A stretch of 64,000 nt of DNA from Octopus bimaculoides (taxonomy: Eukaryota), in the NCBI RefSeq assembly GCF_001194135.2, contig NC_068997.1:55393411-55457410 (forward strand). The letters are read 5' to 3'. Made by a program: the position numbers and the translations under genes. Below the pieces are notes generated by a model. It made no database searches, was not told the DNA's origin, and was given only the letters and a program-made list of their open reading frames with translations. Shown one piece after another: positions 26,810 through 39,397 of the stretch. Positions within the stretch are counted from its first letter, which is position 1; each line of letters opens with the position of its first letter.

Positions 26810-27949
26810 TAGCTAAAGTTGGTTTAATTAATAGAGTGTAATTGCTACTTCCTCATCAACCATGTTACACATCACTACATTTGGACCCTGAGTGCATGTT
26901 CTGCTGTTAATTATAGCAGTTGGTTACAGGTAATAATTACAATTAATGTTTATGTTTATGCAGTGCTTGCTGAACCTTCATTGAAGACTTCCTTTCTTGT
27001 ATGAGGATTAAGAAAACTATAACTGAACTGACTCTTAATGCATTAAGTCTTTGCCAGATGAACTGATTTAACCCTTTCCATAACCTGTCTGAGACTGCTT
27101 CTGGTTCTTGGATACAATACTTCCTGTTTTAAAGTGATCTGTATTAAAAATCTTCCATTAAAATATTTTAATTTAGGATTTAAATGCCAGCTTAATTATG
27201 ACAAAGTTTATTTTACTAAACTCTTCATTGTTTACAGAATCAACTGGAACAAAATAAGCCAATTCCAATAGAGATACGGCAACAAAGTTTAAGACTTTCA
27301 CTCTGGTTTCATAATTCTTCAGTGTATTCTTTCATTACACCTAAGTTGTCTCAAATCAGCTGCCTACAGTTGTATCAGTTCTTTAATTTTACTGTTAATA
27401 TTCCAATATACTTCTTATACATAACTTTCTTTTAGAAATCAAACATGAAGAAGATACGATTTGCTCAGGATAAGCAGACTCTAAGGATTCCTTTAGATGA
27501 TGCAAAACTTAAATAATTATATCTAAAGAAAACAAGCTGCCATGTATATAATATCTGTGCAATTATATTATCTTGTAAATATTTAATACATTCTACAACT
27601 ATTTCATTATTCAATCTAGTTTTATCTTGAAACATAGAATTTCAAGCAAATGATAGAAATATCTGTTTCAATTGATTTTCATATTGCTTGAAGGCTAAGT
27701 CTATAAACTGACATTTTAGAGTAGAATCACTTTCAGTCACAGACTCAAACTATTGGCTTCTGATTGGATTTATTTCAACAAAGTTGTACTATGTGAAAAC
27801 AGTTTTATTTTTCCATATGGTCAACTAATTTTCTCTCAGCTTTTCAAAGTTTTTCTCTTTCTTCTCATATTGTCATTTCTACTTCATTTGTCATTTCCTT
27901 CCTCCCAGCTGTGCATTTTTAGGTTATATTTTATATCTAGTAAGACACC

Positions 27950-28050
27950 ATCATCATCACCATCATCGTTTAACGTCTGTTTTCCATGCTGGCATGGGTT
28001 GGACAGTTTGACTGGAGCTGGTAAGGCCATGAGCCACACCAGGCTCCATT
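27950..28050 (-). repeat. E-type SINE tail
   Basis: catcatcatcaccatcatcgtttaacgtctgtttccatgctggcatggg. Confidence 0.7.
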
Positions 28051-28609
28051 GTCTTTAAAGTTGCCAGCAGGTGACTACAAAGAATTGAACCCTGTACTTT
28101 TCAGATACCAGCTGAGCACTTTGTACCATTAGGTTATGTGGCCCCTAACATCATATTTGTAAATATTTCAGTGGGTCTTATTTTTCTAACTCAGTCCCAC
28201 AATAGTTAAATAGAATTTTAAGACATACATATGTTTACTTGAACCCTACCTCACTCATGTTTGATTATACCCACAAACATATGGCTACAGCAAGTTTTAT
28301 AGATGCTAAATATATTAAATGTATAATAACAATTAAAATAAATACAGCTGGATGTTTGTCAAAGAAACCAACGCTTCCAAGCAGTAAGACACACTGTACT
28401 TTAGAAAGACACACCAATTTGCAGTGATATTTATCTGTGAGCTGTGTTTAAATGATAGACTTGTTTCTTAAAGTGTCTCTAAAACAACATTTGATATCCT
28501 TCTCTGCATCTGAATCCATTATCTTAACTTCTCATCAATGAAAAACAGCATTCAGTGAATACAAAATAACAATGATTTAATAATGAATGAAATTAGCTTA
28601 TGCTGCTGC

Positions 28610-28740
28610 TTCATCATCATCATCATCATCATCGTCGTTTAACATCTGCTTTCCATGCTAGCATGGGTTGGACGATTTGACTGAGGACTGGCGAACCAAA
28701 TGGCTGCACTGGCTCCAATCTTATCTGGCAGAGTTTCTAC
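28610..28740 (-). repeat. E-type SINE tail
   Basis: (cat)n cgtttaacatctgctttccatgctagcatgggttggacgatttgactgaggactggcgaacc...ctggcagagtttctac. Confidence 0.8.
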
Positions 28741-28915
28741 AACATCAAAAAATACCTTAGGAATGAGAACCCTGGTTCAAAATTTCCCCAAGACACCTGA
28801 TGAAGGCTGGAGGGTATATCAGCTGAAACATGTTAACAACAAACAAGATGACCATCAATATCCATCAAATGTAAATAACATATATAATTCCTCATCTCTT
28901 AAATATAGAACTGTA
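28741..28915 (+). mobile_element. 5'-truncated copy of the tRNA-headed HHR element, with complete 3' tail
   Basis: aacatc.aaaaataccttaggaatgagaacc...GACAC-CTGATGA-AGGCTG-GAGGGTATAT-CAGCT-GAAAC...cctcatctcttaaatatagaactgta. Confidence 0.8.
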
Positions 28916-29591
28916 TTAACTACATTATCAAAGACAATCATATCTTTGCACAGGTTTTGTCATTCATACATATAAAATAGGAAGGGACTCGAGACAGATA
29001 GTTTCACCATTTTTGGAATAAGGTATAGAAATTGCATACATCAGCATCAGGCAGTTTGTAATGAATACTTTTTCCTGAGTAAAGCAATATCTTTTAGATC
29101 AAAGACATCATATTCAATTTGTTTTTACGTCCCTCTAATGAGGCAGTTTACTCTTCCAGTCATTAGTCTGTGATCTGAATCATTAACTCAGCAAAATACA
29201 TTTTTTATTACATTATAGCTCCACCTCCATCAATTAACAATCAACTTATATATCAACCTCAAGTTGCAATGGAAGCCTAGTTTCCTATCAAGATGCTCTA
29301 CTTATTTATTAACTCAAATATCTTCTGACTGGGAATACCCAGATGCTATCATATACGCATTTCTTCATTTAGAAACTCCACATTTATATCAAATCTAAAT
29401 TTATTTTCTTTAAATTCATGATCTTCTCTCACAGTAGTTTCTCTTCGACAGTTGACATGAAGACATTAATCATATTCACATCCAAGCAGCTATAATTCAA
29501 AATAACTTTTCTGGTTCTGAGTTTCAAAGAAATGTTCCACTGTAATCTAGATCATATATTTTGCTATGAGAATCTCTTTCCTTCCCTTTCC

Positions 29592-29709
<118 letters not shown>

Positions 29710-30679
29710 CACAAACATATATATACATAGGCACATACACACATTATGTATTTATATACACACACGCAAATACATAGGATAATATCTGTAAACTTTCCAT
29801 TTTTGTCTCTGGCATTTCTTTGCATTCTAATTCTGCCATCAATTTTCTTAATGTTTTCTTCCAATTTCTAAATTGTCTCTTCAAGCTTCAAATTTACTTT
29901 TCACTTCATTCTCTATAATTTCCCCCAATTAAATTAGAATGAAGTAAGAATGTGATAGGAAGTCACTGATGGGAAGAAAATGACAAAGTGATTGAATATC
30001 TTGGCAACAACGTTAAGCAATTAAACTCTTTCTAATTAATACTCTACTATTTATTCCTTAGCAACACAAGATTTTTTCCCCCCTCAGCACTATAACGTTC
30101 AAAATGTATGCTACAAGTATTTGGCTGATATAAGCTTGACAGGTGTTGAAACTCATTAAAAATTGATTGTCAATTTATAATGCTTAATGAAATTACTTAT
30201 ACAAAAATATGAGCTAATACATATTTTTTGACAAATCTTTCAAAAAAATTTAATTTAGCATGTATTTCATATAATTTTTAATTAATTGAAATATTTTCCA
30301 AAAATCACTAATGAAATATGAGGGCAATCATAACATCTCACCTGAATCTAAAAAAATATAATTCAAGATAAAAATATCTGGTCTAGGGGACTAAATGAAA
30401 ATGATATTTTTATCACATTTTCAGATATTTCGAATACTTTTACTTCTGAGTGAGTTCACTAACTTTTATAAATATTCCACATTGCTGGGGTTTACAAACA
30501 ATGATTCTTTTTTTTCTTTAGACATCCATTAATTTCCCCTGCAAGATATTAAAAATTTGAGCATCTTGGAAATTCTCTTTGGTAACCTTATACACTTAAA
30601 ACTTTATTAACTCAGGCTAATTATAGCCTGTTTAGGACTTATTCCTTCATCGAAATTGTTTTGATTGGCTCAGTTTGAT

Positions 30680-31400
30680 CACATGACCCAATATGATCTG
30701 GTATTTGAGAAGTCAACAGAGCAACACTTAGTGTCCATATCGATCTCACCAATGAACTCTTTTACTGAACAGCTGCCCTGCCAATGTCTGTCTGTCTGTC
30801 TACCCACCTACATACACACACACATACATGCATATATACAAACCCACATACACACACATGCAAACATATATATCCCCATACCCAAGTGTCCATAGTAACA
30901 AATTATTAATGAGTTCATGCTTAGTTCTCCAATAATGTCCTACAAAACATATCTCCTTCCCTCTAATAACATCGCTGATTGCAAGAAAACCATTGTACCA
31001 TCTTTGACAAGTTACTTTTTCCCATGTAATGATGCACATTCACACACACACACACACACAGATGTAAGTCCCATCTAGCCTTACCCTCCGCCCGTCCCCC
31101 CAGTCCATTGGTTAATGTAGGCTCCATGATTCCATAATAGTACAGGAGAAGTTTCTCTTATGTTTATCTGGAAGTGATTTACACCAAGATAATTGTGACG
31201 ACATCAAGTACAATCCAAACTTTCACAAAACATATTTTACATCTTTTTGCAAAGTTACCTCTTCACAGATATTATTCCTAGAAGAGACATTATATTGTTT
31301 GGCTAATAGCCATGTTAGGAACCATAGTGTACACCAATTAATGCTGTTTAATCATGCCATGACGAAGATGTTACTTATCTCAATTAAAGAAATAATCACC
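30680..31400 (-). mobile_element. Decayed RTE-X-like LINE, 3' part of ORF2
   Basis: Minus strand reads ITWEKVTCQRWYNGFLAISDVIRGKEICFVGHYWRTKHELINNLLLWTLGYG (cf. ISW..TNxELYG.LP.IS.IRxRRLRFAGHCWR.K.E.ISDLLLW.P.HG), then KEFIGEIDMDTKC; upstream VLL..ESWSL remnant. Confidence 0.7.
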
Positions 31401-33559
31401 TGTATTGATTAAAGAATTTCAACATTAAATGGTCTGCTTTAGCAAGTATCTCTTAACCTTCTAGAGTTACATCGCTGCAACTTGAACATGTATTTCTCTT
31501 TTATTCTCATAATAATAATAACAATGATGATGATGATGTAATTAATGGCAGTTCTACTATGGTTACTTTCGTATGTATTCTTTCACCTATATATATTATC
31601 TATTGAAATCTCTTTAGTGACTAATTATCTAAAATCAATTACTTTATGTTCTACTTTTCAAACCATTCTGTTTGTCCTGAATCAATGACCTAAATAAGTC
31701 AATAACAAAATATATTTTTATGTCATTCTTTAATTTGAACATTTTTTTGTTTCTTACTTATTCTGCTTCCTGAGTATCAAATATGCATGTTTTTATTGTA
31801 AAATAGAGTGTTTCCAGGTTTAAACATGCATGCACTTATAGTCTACTGTAATCAGTGAAATACATTTATTATTTAAGTGCTCATTAATAAACAAAAGTTA
31901 TATTGTTGTTGTTTTTACTTTTCTAGCTAAATTATCGAAAAGTGTCTATTTTAAGTCATTAATCATTTGTTTCTTTCAATCAGAAAAAATCTATTATCAA
32001 ACTACATCAATTTAAAGAAGTCATTTTCAGAAAAACTTCTGATAACTAGGAAGCAGCCATTTAATGCTATATATTGCTTTTAAATGAGCAGGAAAATGGA
32101 CATTCTTTTGGCATCATTGAATATTTGAAAGTCATGCAGTAAAAGAACCACCGTAATCATCATCAGGAGAATCAGTAAGAGAATCATTAATGGCCTATTT
32201 AGAATGAATAATTGTGTGATATTTATTATTCTTTGTGATTTTCAGTTTATAGAATTCTTGTCTTCTGTTCCTTTTTCTTTGTAATTATATTTCATCAAAC
32301 AATGGTGATGGTCATGAGTGGTTAGCATTACATGCTTTCATGTCATTTGTGGCTATGGTGTTGGCATCAGTTTCGCTGTTGTTATTAGCAATGAGCCAAT
32401 GAGCGTACCACAAGACAATGAGGGCGTCTGTATGCTCACTCTATTACAAATAGCAGCCAAATTTCTCTCAAATTACACTTTACCATTTTAAATAATGAAT
32501 GGCATGATGCTCTATATGGAAGACTATTTGGTCGTGGCTGAAGTATTTTAGCTCAATCAAGGTTGACCCAGGGCTAAGCATTATCATCCTCATCATCAAC
32601 AAAGTATCCAATTTTAAAATAAATAAAGTGTTTTAAAACATATGGGTAGCATTCTATAGTTAAATCACATGAAGTAGCTTTTGCCCTTCATTTGTATCGT
32701 TGAGTCTCCCAGAGAAACGTATTAACTCTACCAACTTATCATTTCCTGATAATTTTAGACCTCAGGCTTGGCAAAGGGAAGAAAAATAAACAAACAGGAA
32801 GCTCATAGGAGTGTTTCTGCATGGAAATGCCTTTATGGAGTCATAACAAGCCACATCTGGAAACAGATATCTTATATAAAAAGAAATTTAAACGGATTTA
32901 ATTAATAATGTTAATTAAAATATTCTGGTAAAGATAAATCAAATTCAGCATAATGAAGTGACTCGATGCCTCGTTTGCAGCAGCAAATTTCTATTTTAAT
33001 CCTATCTTTCCCTCTTGTTCAGCCAAATTAAATTTATTTTCCATTTTGAGAATGTTGTTGTTTAGAACTAGAACAGTACTAAATAAACAGACACTCCAAC
33101 CATGACTATCCTGTTTTGCAGATCTAGGACTACATTCTCCCATGTGTCCTTTTTTTATTAATAAGGATGGTGTAATTTATGGAAGATTTGGCTGCTATTT
33201 TTAGCAGGTTGATCAATCAAACAGATCCATTATTGATTTGATAGTTAAAATGCTGACATAATAATTAGAGATGAGTTCAATGTACAGTACTCTCTACAGA
33301 AACAGTTATACCTTGTTGAAATAAGCTAATATTATTAAGTTTATTGTCAGGTGTCGAATGAAATGAAAATTTGACTCAATTAATTGTTAAAGTTAATTAA
33401 AATCAGTTGTGTTATTAGCCTTGCTCTTCAAAGGGATTATTAAATGATATATCAAGAAATAGAGTGACAGCCTCATATTAAAGAAGTATGAAAGGTAACA
33501 GGAGCACACATCAGCTAGAATAGGTTAAGATTGTAAAACTGCTCATAGAGAGGCAACAC

Positions 33560-34330
33560 CACACTGACTGGCCAGCATTTGTCATTGGACCAAGAATTCT
33601 CTTAAGGTTCATAGGGTTTGGATGAAAACTGAGACATTGGTATGAGCAAGGGATCTAGTCACATCATGAAATGGACCAAGAGGCATCTATTACTGAAAGC
33701 TGGAACAGAAATGACAAATGCTTACATCCATAAACTATTACTACCTGAATGTCTGGCCTCGTGTTGGACTGCATCTGACTTGGTTGAAATGCTTTTTGTG
33801 GAAAAGATGGGTTCCACAGTTCAGAAATGTCAACTGTAACTACCAACACTCTCTGCAAAGATGTCTTTGGACAATGTGGCTAATGATGCAAATCTACAGA
33901 GACACTAAGTAGATGTAGTTATCTAATCATTAGGTACAGCTCTCCATAGTGTTTTTCCAGTAATAAAAAGATGAATGTCAAAGACAGAATACCAAATGAA
34001 GTGTATAAAGCAGTAAACTGAAGTTATTCTTAACCGACAAAGAAAATGACACTAAATCTTTTCCCACTGCTTGGTTAGAAATTACCATTGGAATTATTAT
34101 AAAATGGTTTCATTAATTTGCTGCCTTCTACTCAAAATTACTTTTAACTGCAGAACTCAGTTATAGACTCAGACACTCTCAGTCATCGAAATCCACTTTG
34201 CTATTGGATCCAGAACATGGCTGGAATTACAAGAAAAGACATGGAGAGCAAATATTGATATTAAATCTGAAATGGAGTTCTTAAGGCAATTTCATACTAT
34301 TCACAGCATCATTCTGGTAATGTCTACAGC
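33560..34330 (+). mobile_element. Two decayed RTE-clade LINE 3' fragments (33560-33910, 34160-34330)
   Basis: Broken motifs SHIMK / GIYY*KL / GQCG**CKST and DTL..FAIGSRTWLELQEKTWRANI (cf. DTLK..FGIDPETWE.LA.DR..WR..I). Confidence 0.45.
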
Positions 34331-36344
34331 AATGCTCATACCAAACTGTCATGTATAAATCTCATGTGATATAATAAAAAAAAAAATTCATCTTGGAGTA
34401 AAATAGATTTGTCAGACTGCAGATGTCGGTCTGTTGCAATCCTTGCTGAGTATCATCCTATCATCTGTCTCTGTCTCTCTCACTCTCTCAAATTGTAAAT
34501 ACTACTAAAAAAAGTGACTGAACTAATTGCCAACAGAGAAATAAAACATGATCAGGAGAAATACTATCACCAAGAAATACTGGAATCTATCCACAAATAA
34601 TTTTACCTATTCAGAGAAGATACATTCCTGGTAATTAAATGAGCGTGATGGTAGTTTGCTTGGAAAATAACAACTACCACTATAACTATTATATATATAA
34701 ATGTTTGCACATACACATATATATTCACACACACACGCAAAACTCTGTGTATGTGTGTGTTGGTGAGTGTGTAATAAGAAATTATAAAGAAAAAAATTGC
34801 AGATAAAAGCAAAAATGTGAATGCCCTGTGTGTGTAGTTATTAATGTAGATCTTTCTTCTGCTAATAAACATTGATGGTGGATTCCCTTTATCCAAACAT
34901 TGATTATCTGCAGTGCATGTAATTTAGAATATTGTTTGAGTAATTACATACATATTTATAATTAACTATGCATTTACCAATAGAATAACTTCCACAATTG
35001 GCAATATCTTTGTGCTCATTCAACTAATTACTTCAACATCAGTGAATTTAATTCAACAGTCACCTGCCATAAAGATCAATAGATGATTTTCTGAAGAGGA
35101 TATGGACACCAACCGCTATTACAGCCTATCTATATTCATTGATATGAATATGAAATTTGTTTTTAATAGGTTTTGTAAACTAACAAACAGTGTTCATGGT
35201 GTATGTTTTATATCCAGGTTGCTGCCTCGAATGCAACTAATCTGTCAACGTATCCATCTTGCATCAGCATTTTTCAAATAATTATTTCACAACTTGGTTG
35301 TAATTCTTAGTAGATGCTATTTAGTTCCTCTTGTATTGCTAAAACCCTTGAGAAATATTAATCTTATGTAGCAAAGATTATTATCAATAGACAAGCACAG
35401 ATATTAGTAAAAATACAAAATAGTGCCATCTATCAACAAGATAAAATGTCATGTCTTTTGTTTCAGTGTTAAAGTTCTTTTGTCTCTGATTTTTTTGTCT
35501 GAAACAAAAAATTATTTCTTCAGGGTACATCTTGAAATGCATGCTTAAAGATTTTATTAATCATTCTGGCATCATTAATGGCCCAAAGCTCTTAAAGAAT
35601 CAGAAAGCAGAGTGGACAATTCAAGTGCCTACAATGTCTGATTTAATTAGAATTGTTATTTTATATTGTTCATCAATAAATAGGTTAAACAGTTTAAACA
35701 GGAAAGGTGCAGGATCAATATTCATCAAAAAATCCATTCCCTTTAAGTGACTATTTATTAACCACAGGTATTAACAAAAATTACTCACACAACATGTAAG
35801 CAGACAAGTTGAAAATGTATAAACATATATGCACATTTAATTTCACCATGCAAATAGGCACCATGGTTTAACAAGACTCTCTCTCGCCCTCACACCCAGC
35901 TTTCTCTGCAGGTAATTAATGTTCATCGATAACAGATGTGATGATATACAGATAAGAAAACATGGTGACTATTATTCCTTGCGTTATTCCTAAGCAGTTG
36001 TATATCACTCTCCCCCTCTCCCCATCTCTTTCTCTCTGTAGAACAAATGAAGACTACACTTTCGATGAGAATGACCGGGCTAAAACTTGTTTGAGTTTTG
36101 GATCAGTTCATTCAGTAACGATTGATCTGTGGCTTAATCATAGATATGATTGGGGTTTACATCCACCATGGGGTACAAAAAAAGATGTGTTTATTAGACA
36201 ACTGTTAATTATAATGTGAAAGGGGAAGTAAGAAAACCGAAAGATGTAATCTTTGTCATCACTAAATCTTACAAAAACTAGGAATCAAAGAATACACATT
36301 TCTATAAACATGCTGGAGAACTAAAAACAAACAAAATGTAAATA

Positions 36345-36505
36345 TCATCATCATCATCATCAGTTCTACATCCTACTTCCATGCTGGCATGGGTTAGACA
36401 GTTTGATGAAATTAATGGGTCCAAAGACTGTCATGCTACAATGTGTGCTTCAGCACAGTTTCTACAGCTGGATACCATTCCTAATGCCAACCACTCTACA
36501 ATGTA
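36345..36505 (-). repeat. E-type SINE tail
   Basis: (cat)n...ttccatgctggcatggg...tttctacagctggataccattcctaatgccaaccactc. Confidence 0.7.
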
Positions 36506-37625
36506 CACAGAGTACAGTTGTGTGTGTGTGTGTGTATTTGAATGGCAATATGCACGTTTCTTAAATGCACAAAAATGGGCATTTAATACCCTAAGCCACA
36601 TCCGGTGAGGTGGGGTAAATAACTGAACTGTAACATGATAGTAAGGGCTCTTTAGTCTTCCCCATCTGAAAACAACATCCCTAGCGATAACAGCACAATA
36701 AAATACATCAAACACACTAAAATTAGTGAGAAGAAGGGTATCCAGCCATGCCTTACCCTATGAGATATAGACTTTACTAGCTCCATTGTAAGCTGCCAGT
36801 CAAGAATGGAATTAACTGTAAATAAGGATTGTTCTTAGAATGAAAAAAATTCTTTAGTCCACCTCCTCACATAGGACAAGCTGTCTGGTGCCCCTGGTAT
36901 GATGAAACATGCCCATTCCATACACTGAATTCTGTATCATGTTGCTACTGGCCTGTTTCCTTTGTTGTGGCTAAGGATGATGGTGACCCATTGAGCCCAG
37001 GCTGAACCGGATAAACAGGCATAGAATTTTGATGTTGGTGATCAAATTATCTACACATACACACAAGCAAACGTACCAGCACACATTCACCTATATGCAC
37101 ACAAACACACTCACTCATACACACACACACACACACACACACATTATTTCATTACTTCCAGTGCAATAAATACATCATCATCATCATCACCCTAGCCTTC
37201 ATAACTAACTCATTCATCTTCTGCTCCACAGCCATTTATTAAGAACCATTGTTGATGACACCACCATCACCATACTCAGTACAACCATCATCATTTTCCC
37301 TCTCTTCTTTATTTTCTTTAGCATTATAAGCATAGACATTGCTATCACCATCCATACCATCACATAAACTTCTCCTTTCCCAACATTACTTCCTCCCCCA
37401 CCCATTGGTATACCTATCTTTCTGTCGCCAGAGCACAAAACGAGCCATCTTTCCTTATTTACTAATTTAGTCTCTGACTAACGATACATTAATGCTCCTA
37501 TTTTGGCAGTTTCATTGCTTTTGATAACTTCTCACATACATACATATATACATACCCACATACATACATATATATTTATATATATGTAATATGTACATGT
37601 ATAATGTGTGTGTGAATGTTGTATT

Positions 37626-37679
<54 letters not shown>

Positions 37680-37711
37680 AATATGAATTAAATGTATGTG
37701 TATTTATATGC

Positions 37712-37760
<49 letters not shown>

Positions 37761-38378
37761 ATGTATACAACCAGACAGAATGTTGTGCTGATGTATATAC
37801 CCCAATGCCCCCAGAGGGTTTCTACCGTCAGTAAGGTAATTAAAGGAAAAGCTTGAAATTGTTTGTGGAGGAAAAGTAATTCTTTTCTTCAAATTAGATC
37901 ACCAAAAATAGTCCAGCAGTTACCACAGAGAATATATATATTCCACTGTTATACAGTCTGTCATATCAATGCTTATATTGTAAAGATATTTATAGAAGCA
38001 ACTTTGAAATAGAAAAAAAATATACATCATTGCATAGGACGCACGATTGATTATCTTCACGAAAAAGCTTCCTTTTGGATTTATTTATTGGTTTTGGAGG
38101 ATGTGGTTTATAAGTCTGGTTGTTTATTGTGAATGTTCCATATGTTACGATAACAATATGGCTGTGGAAAATTGCTTGGGACAGTGTTCTGTCGACTAAA
38201 CACAAATACTGAAGGGTTTTCACTTGTAATGATGAAGTCAATTCAGGAGCTTTGATCAATTGACAATATTCAACCAATTAGTTGTTAAATGGTCCCTCTA
38301 AAAACAATAAGTAGGGGAGATAAATTAAATAAGACAAGCTGATATGAGTTTTTGGACAATGCATAAATGTCAATTAGA

Positions 38379-38440
<62 letters not shown>

Positions 38441-38534
38441 TACATACTTTTATAAAACAAATTTTACAAAATATATAGTATTTGTTAACAGTCTTAGCAA
38501 AAAGCTCAGGTGAGTTTTTGTATATATATATATG

Positions 38535-38592
38535 TATACATGTCTCTTAAAGGATAGAATGCATTGATTTTGAGCTCTATCCTTTAAGAGAC

Positions 38593-38599
<7 letters not shown>
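38535..38599. repeat. Perfect 24-bp inverted repeat with 17-nt loop
   Basis: TATACATGTCTCTTAAAGGATAGA ... TCTATCCTTTAAGAGACATGTATA. Confidence 0.9.
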
Positions 38600-38632
<33 letters not shown>

Positions 38633-38866
38633 GCATATATTTTTTTATATATATACATGGTTTTGACATTTAAGCAAACCATGTCAGAGCAAAATATTCT
38701 GCCTGTTTTATGTTCAAATTGGTCAGATCTGACTTCTCACACCTACCCTACAATGTCATACTAAACGTTATACACATATATACACATATATGTTATAATA
38801 TATCATATATATATGTATGTGTGTGTGTATAATATACATATCATATGCACATCATACATATATAAT

Positions 38867-39270
38867 CTTTTATTTTACTTGTTTCTGTCATTATACTGAG
38901 GCCATGCTAGGGCACTGCCTTGAAGAATTTTAGTCTAACGAATCGGTCCCAGTACTTATTATTTTGTTCATTTGTTTATTTTGAAGTCTGGTATTTATTC
39001 TATGAGGCTCTTTTGCTGATTTGCTAAGTTACGGGGATGTAAACACACCGACACCAGTTGTCAAGCAGTGGTGGGGAGCAGGCACAGACACAAAGACATG
39101 CTTAGGTCTAAAACAGGCTTCTTTCTGTTCCTTCCTAACAAACCCACCTTATAAGGCATTGGTCAGCCGAAGTCTACTATAGAAGACACTTGCCCAACGT
39201 GCCATATAGTGGGACTGAAGCTGGAACCATGTGGTTGAGGAGTAAACTTCTTACCCCACAGCCATACCTG
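38867..39270 (-). mobile_element. SINE family A, full length
   Basis: cttgtttctgtcatta..ggccatgctaggg...gaagacacttgccc...gggactgaagctggaaccatgtgg...cacagcc. Confidence 0.85.
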
Positions 39271-39357
39271 GACCTAGGTGGAAATAATATATATACATTT
39301 TATATATACTAGGTACCTGTTATATAACTACATATAATAAATATATGTTACATATAC

Positions 39358-39397
<40 letters not shown>

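Noticed and set aside
34167-34316. 150-nt phase 0-0 exon candidate
   Set aside because: The peptide matches the RTE LINE C-terminal W..LA.DR..WR region, so it is better explained as a LINE remnant.
37990-38277. 95-aa minus-strand ORF ending in CVLC
   Set aside because: No consistent splice frame from the nearby acceptor, and only a vague LINE zinc-knuckle likeness.
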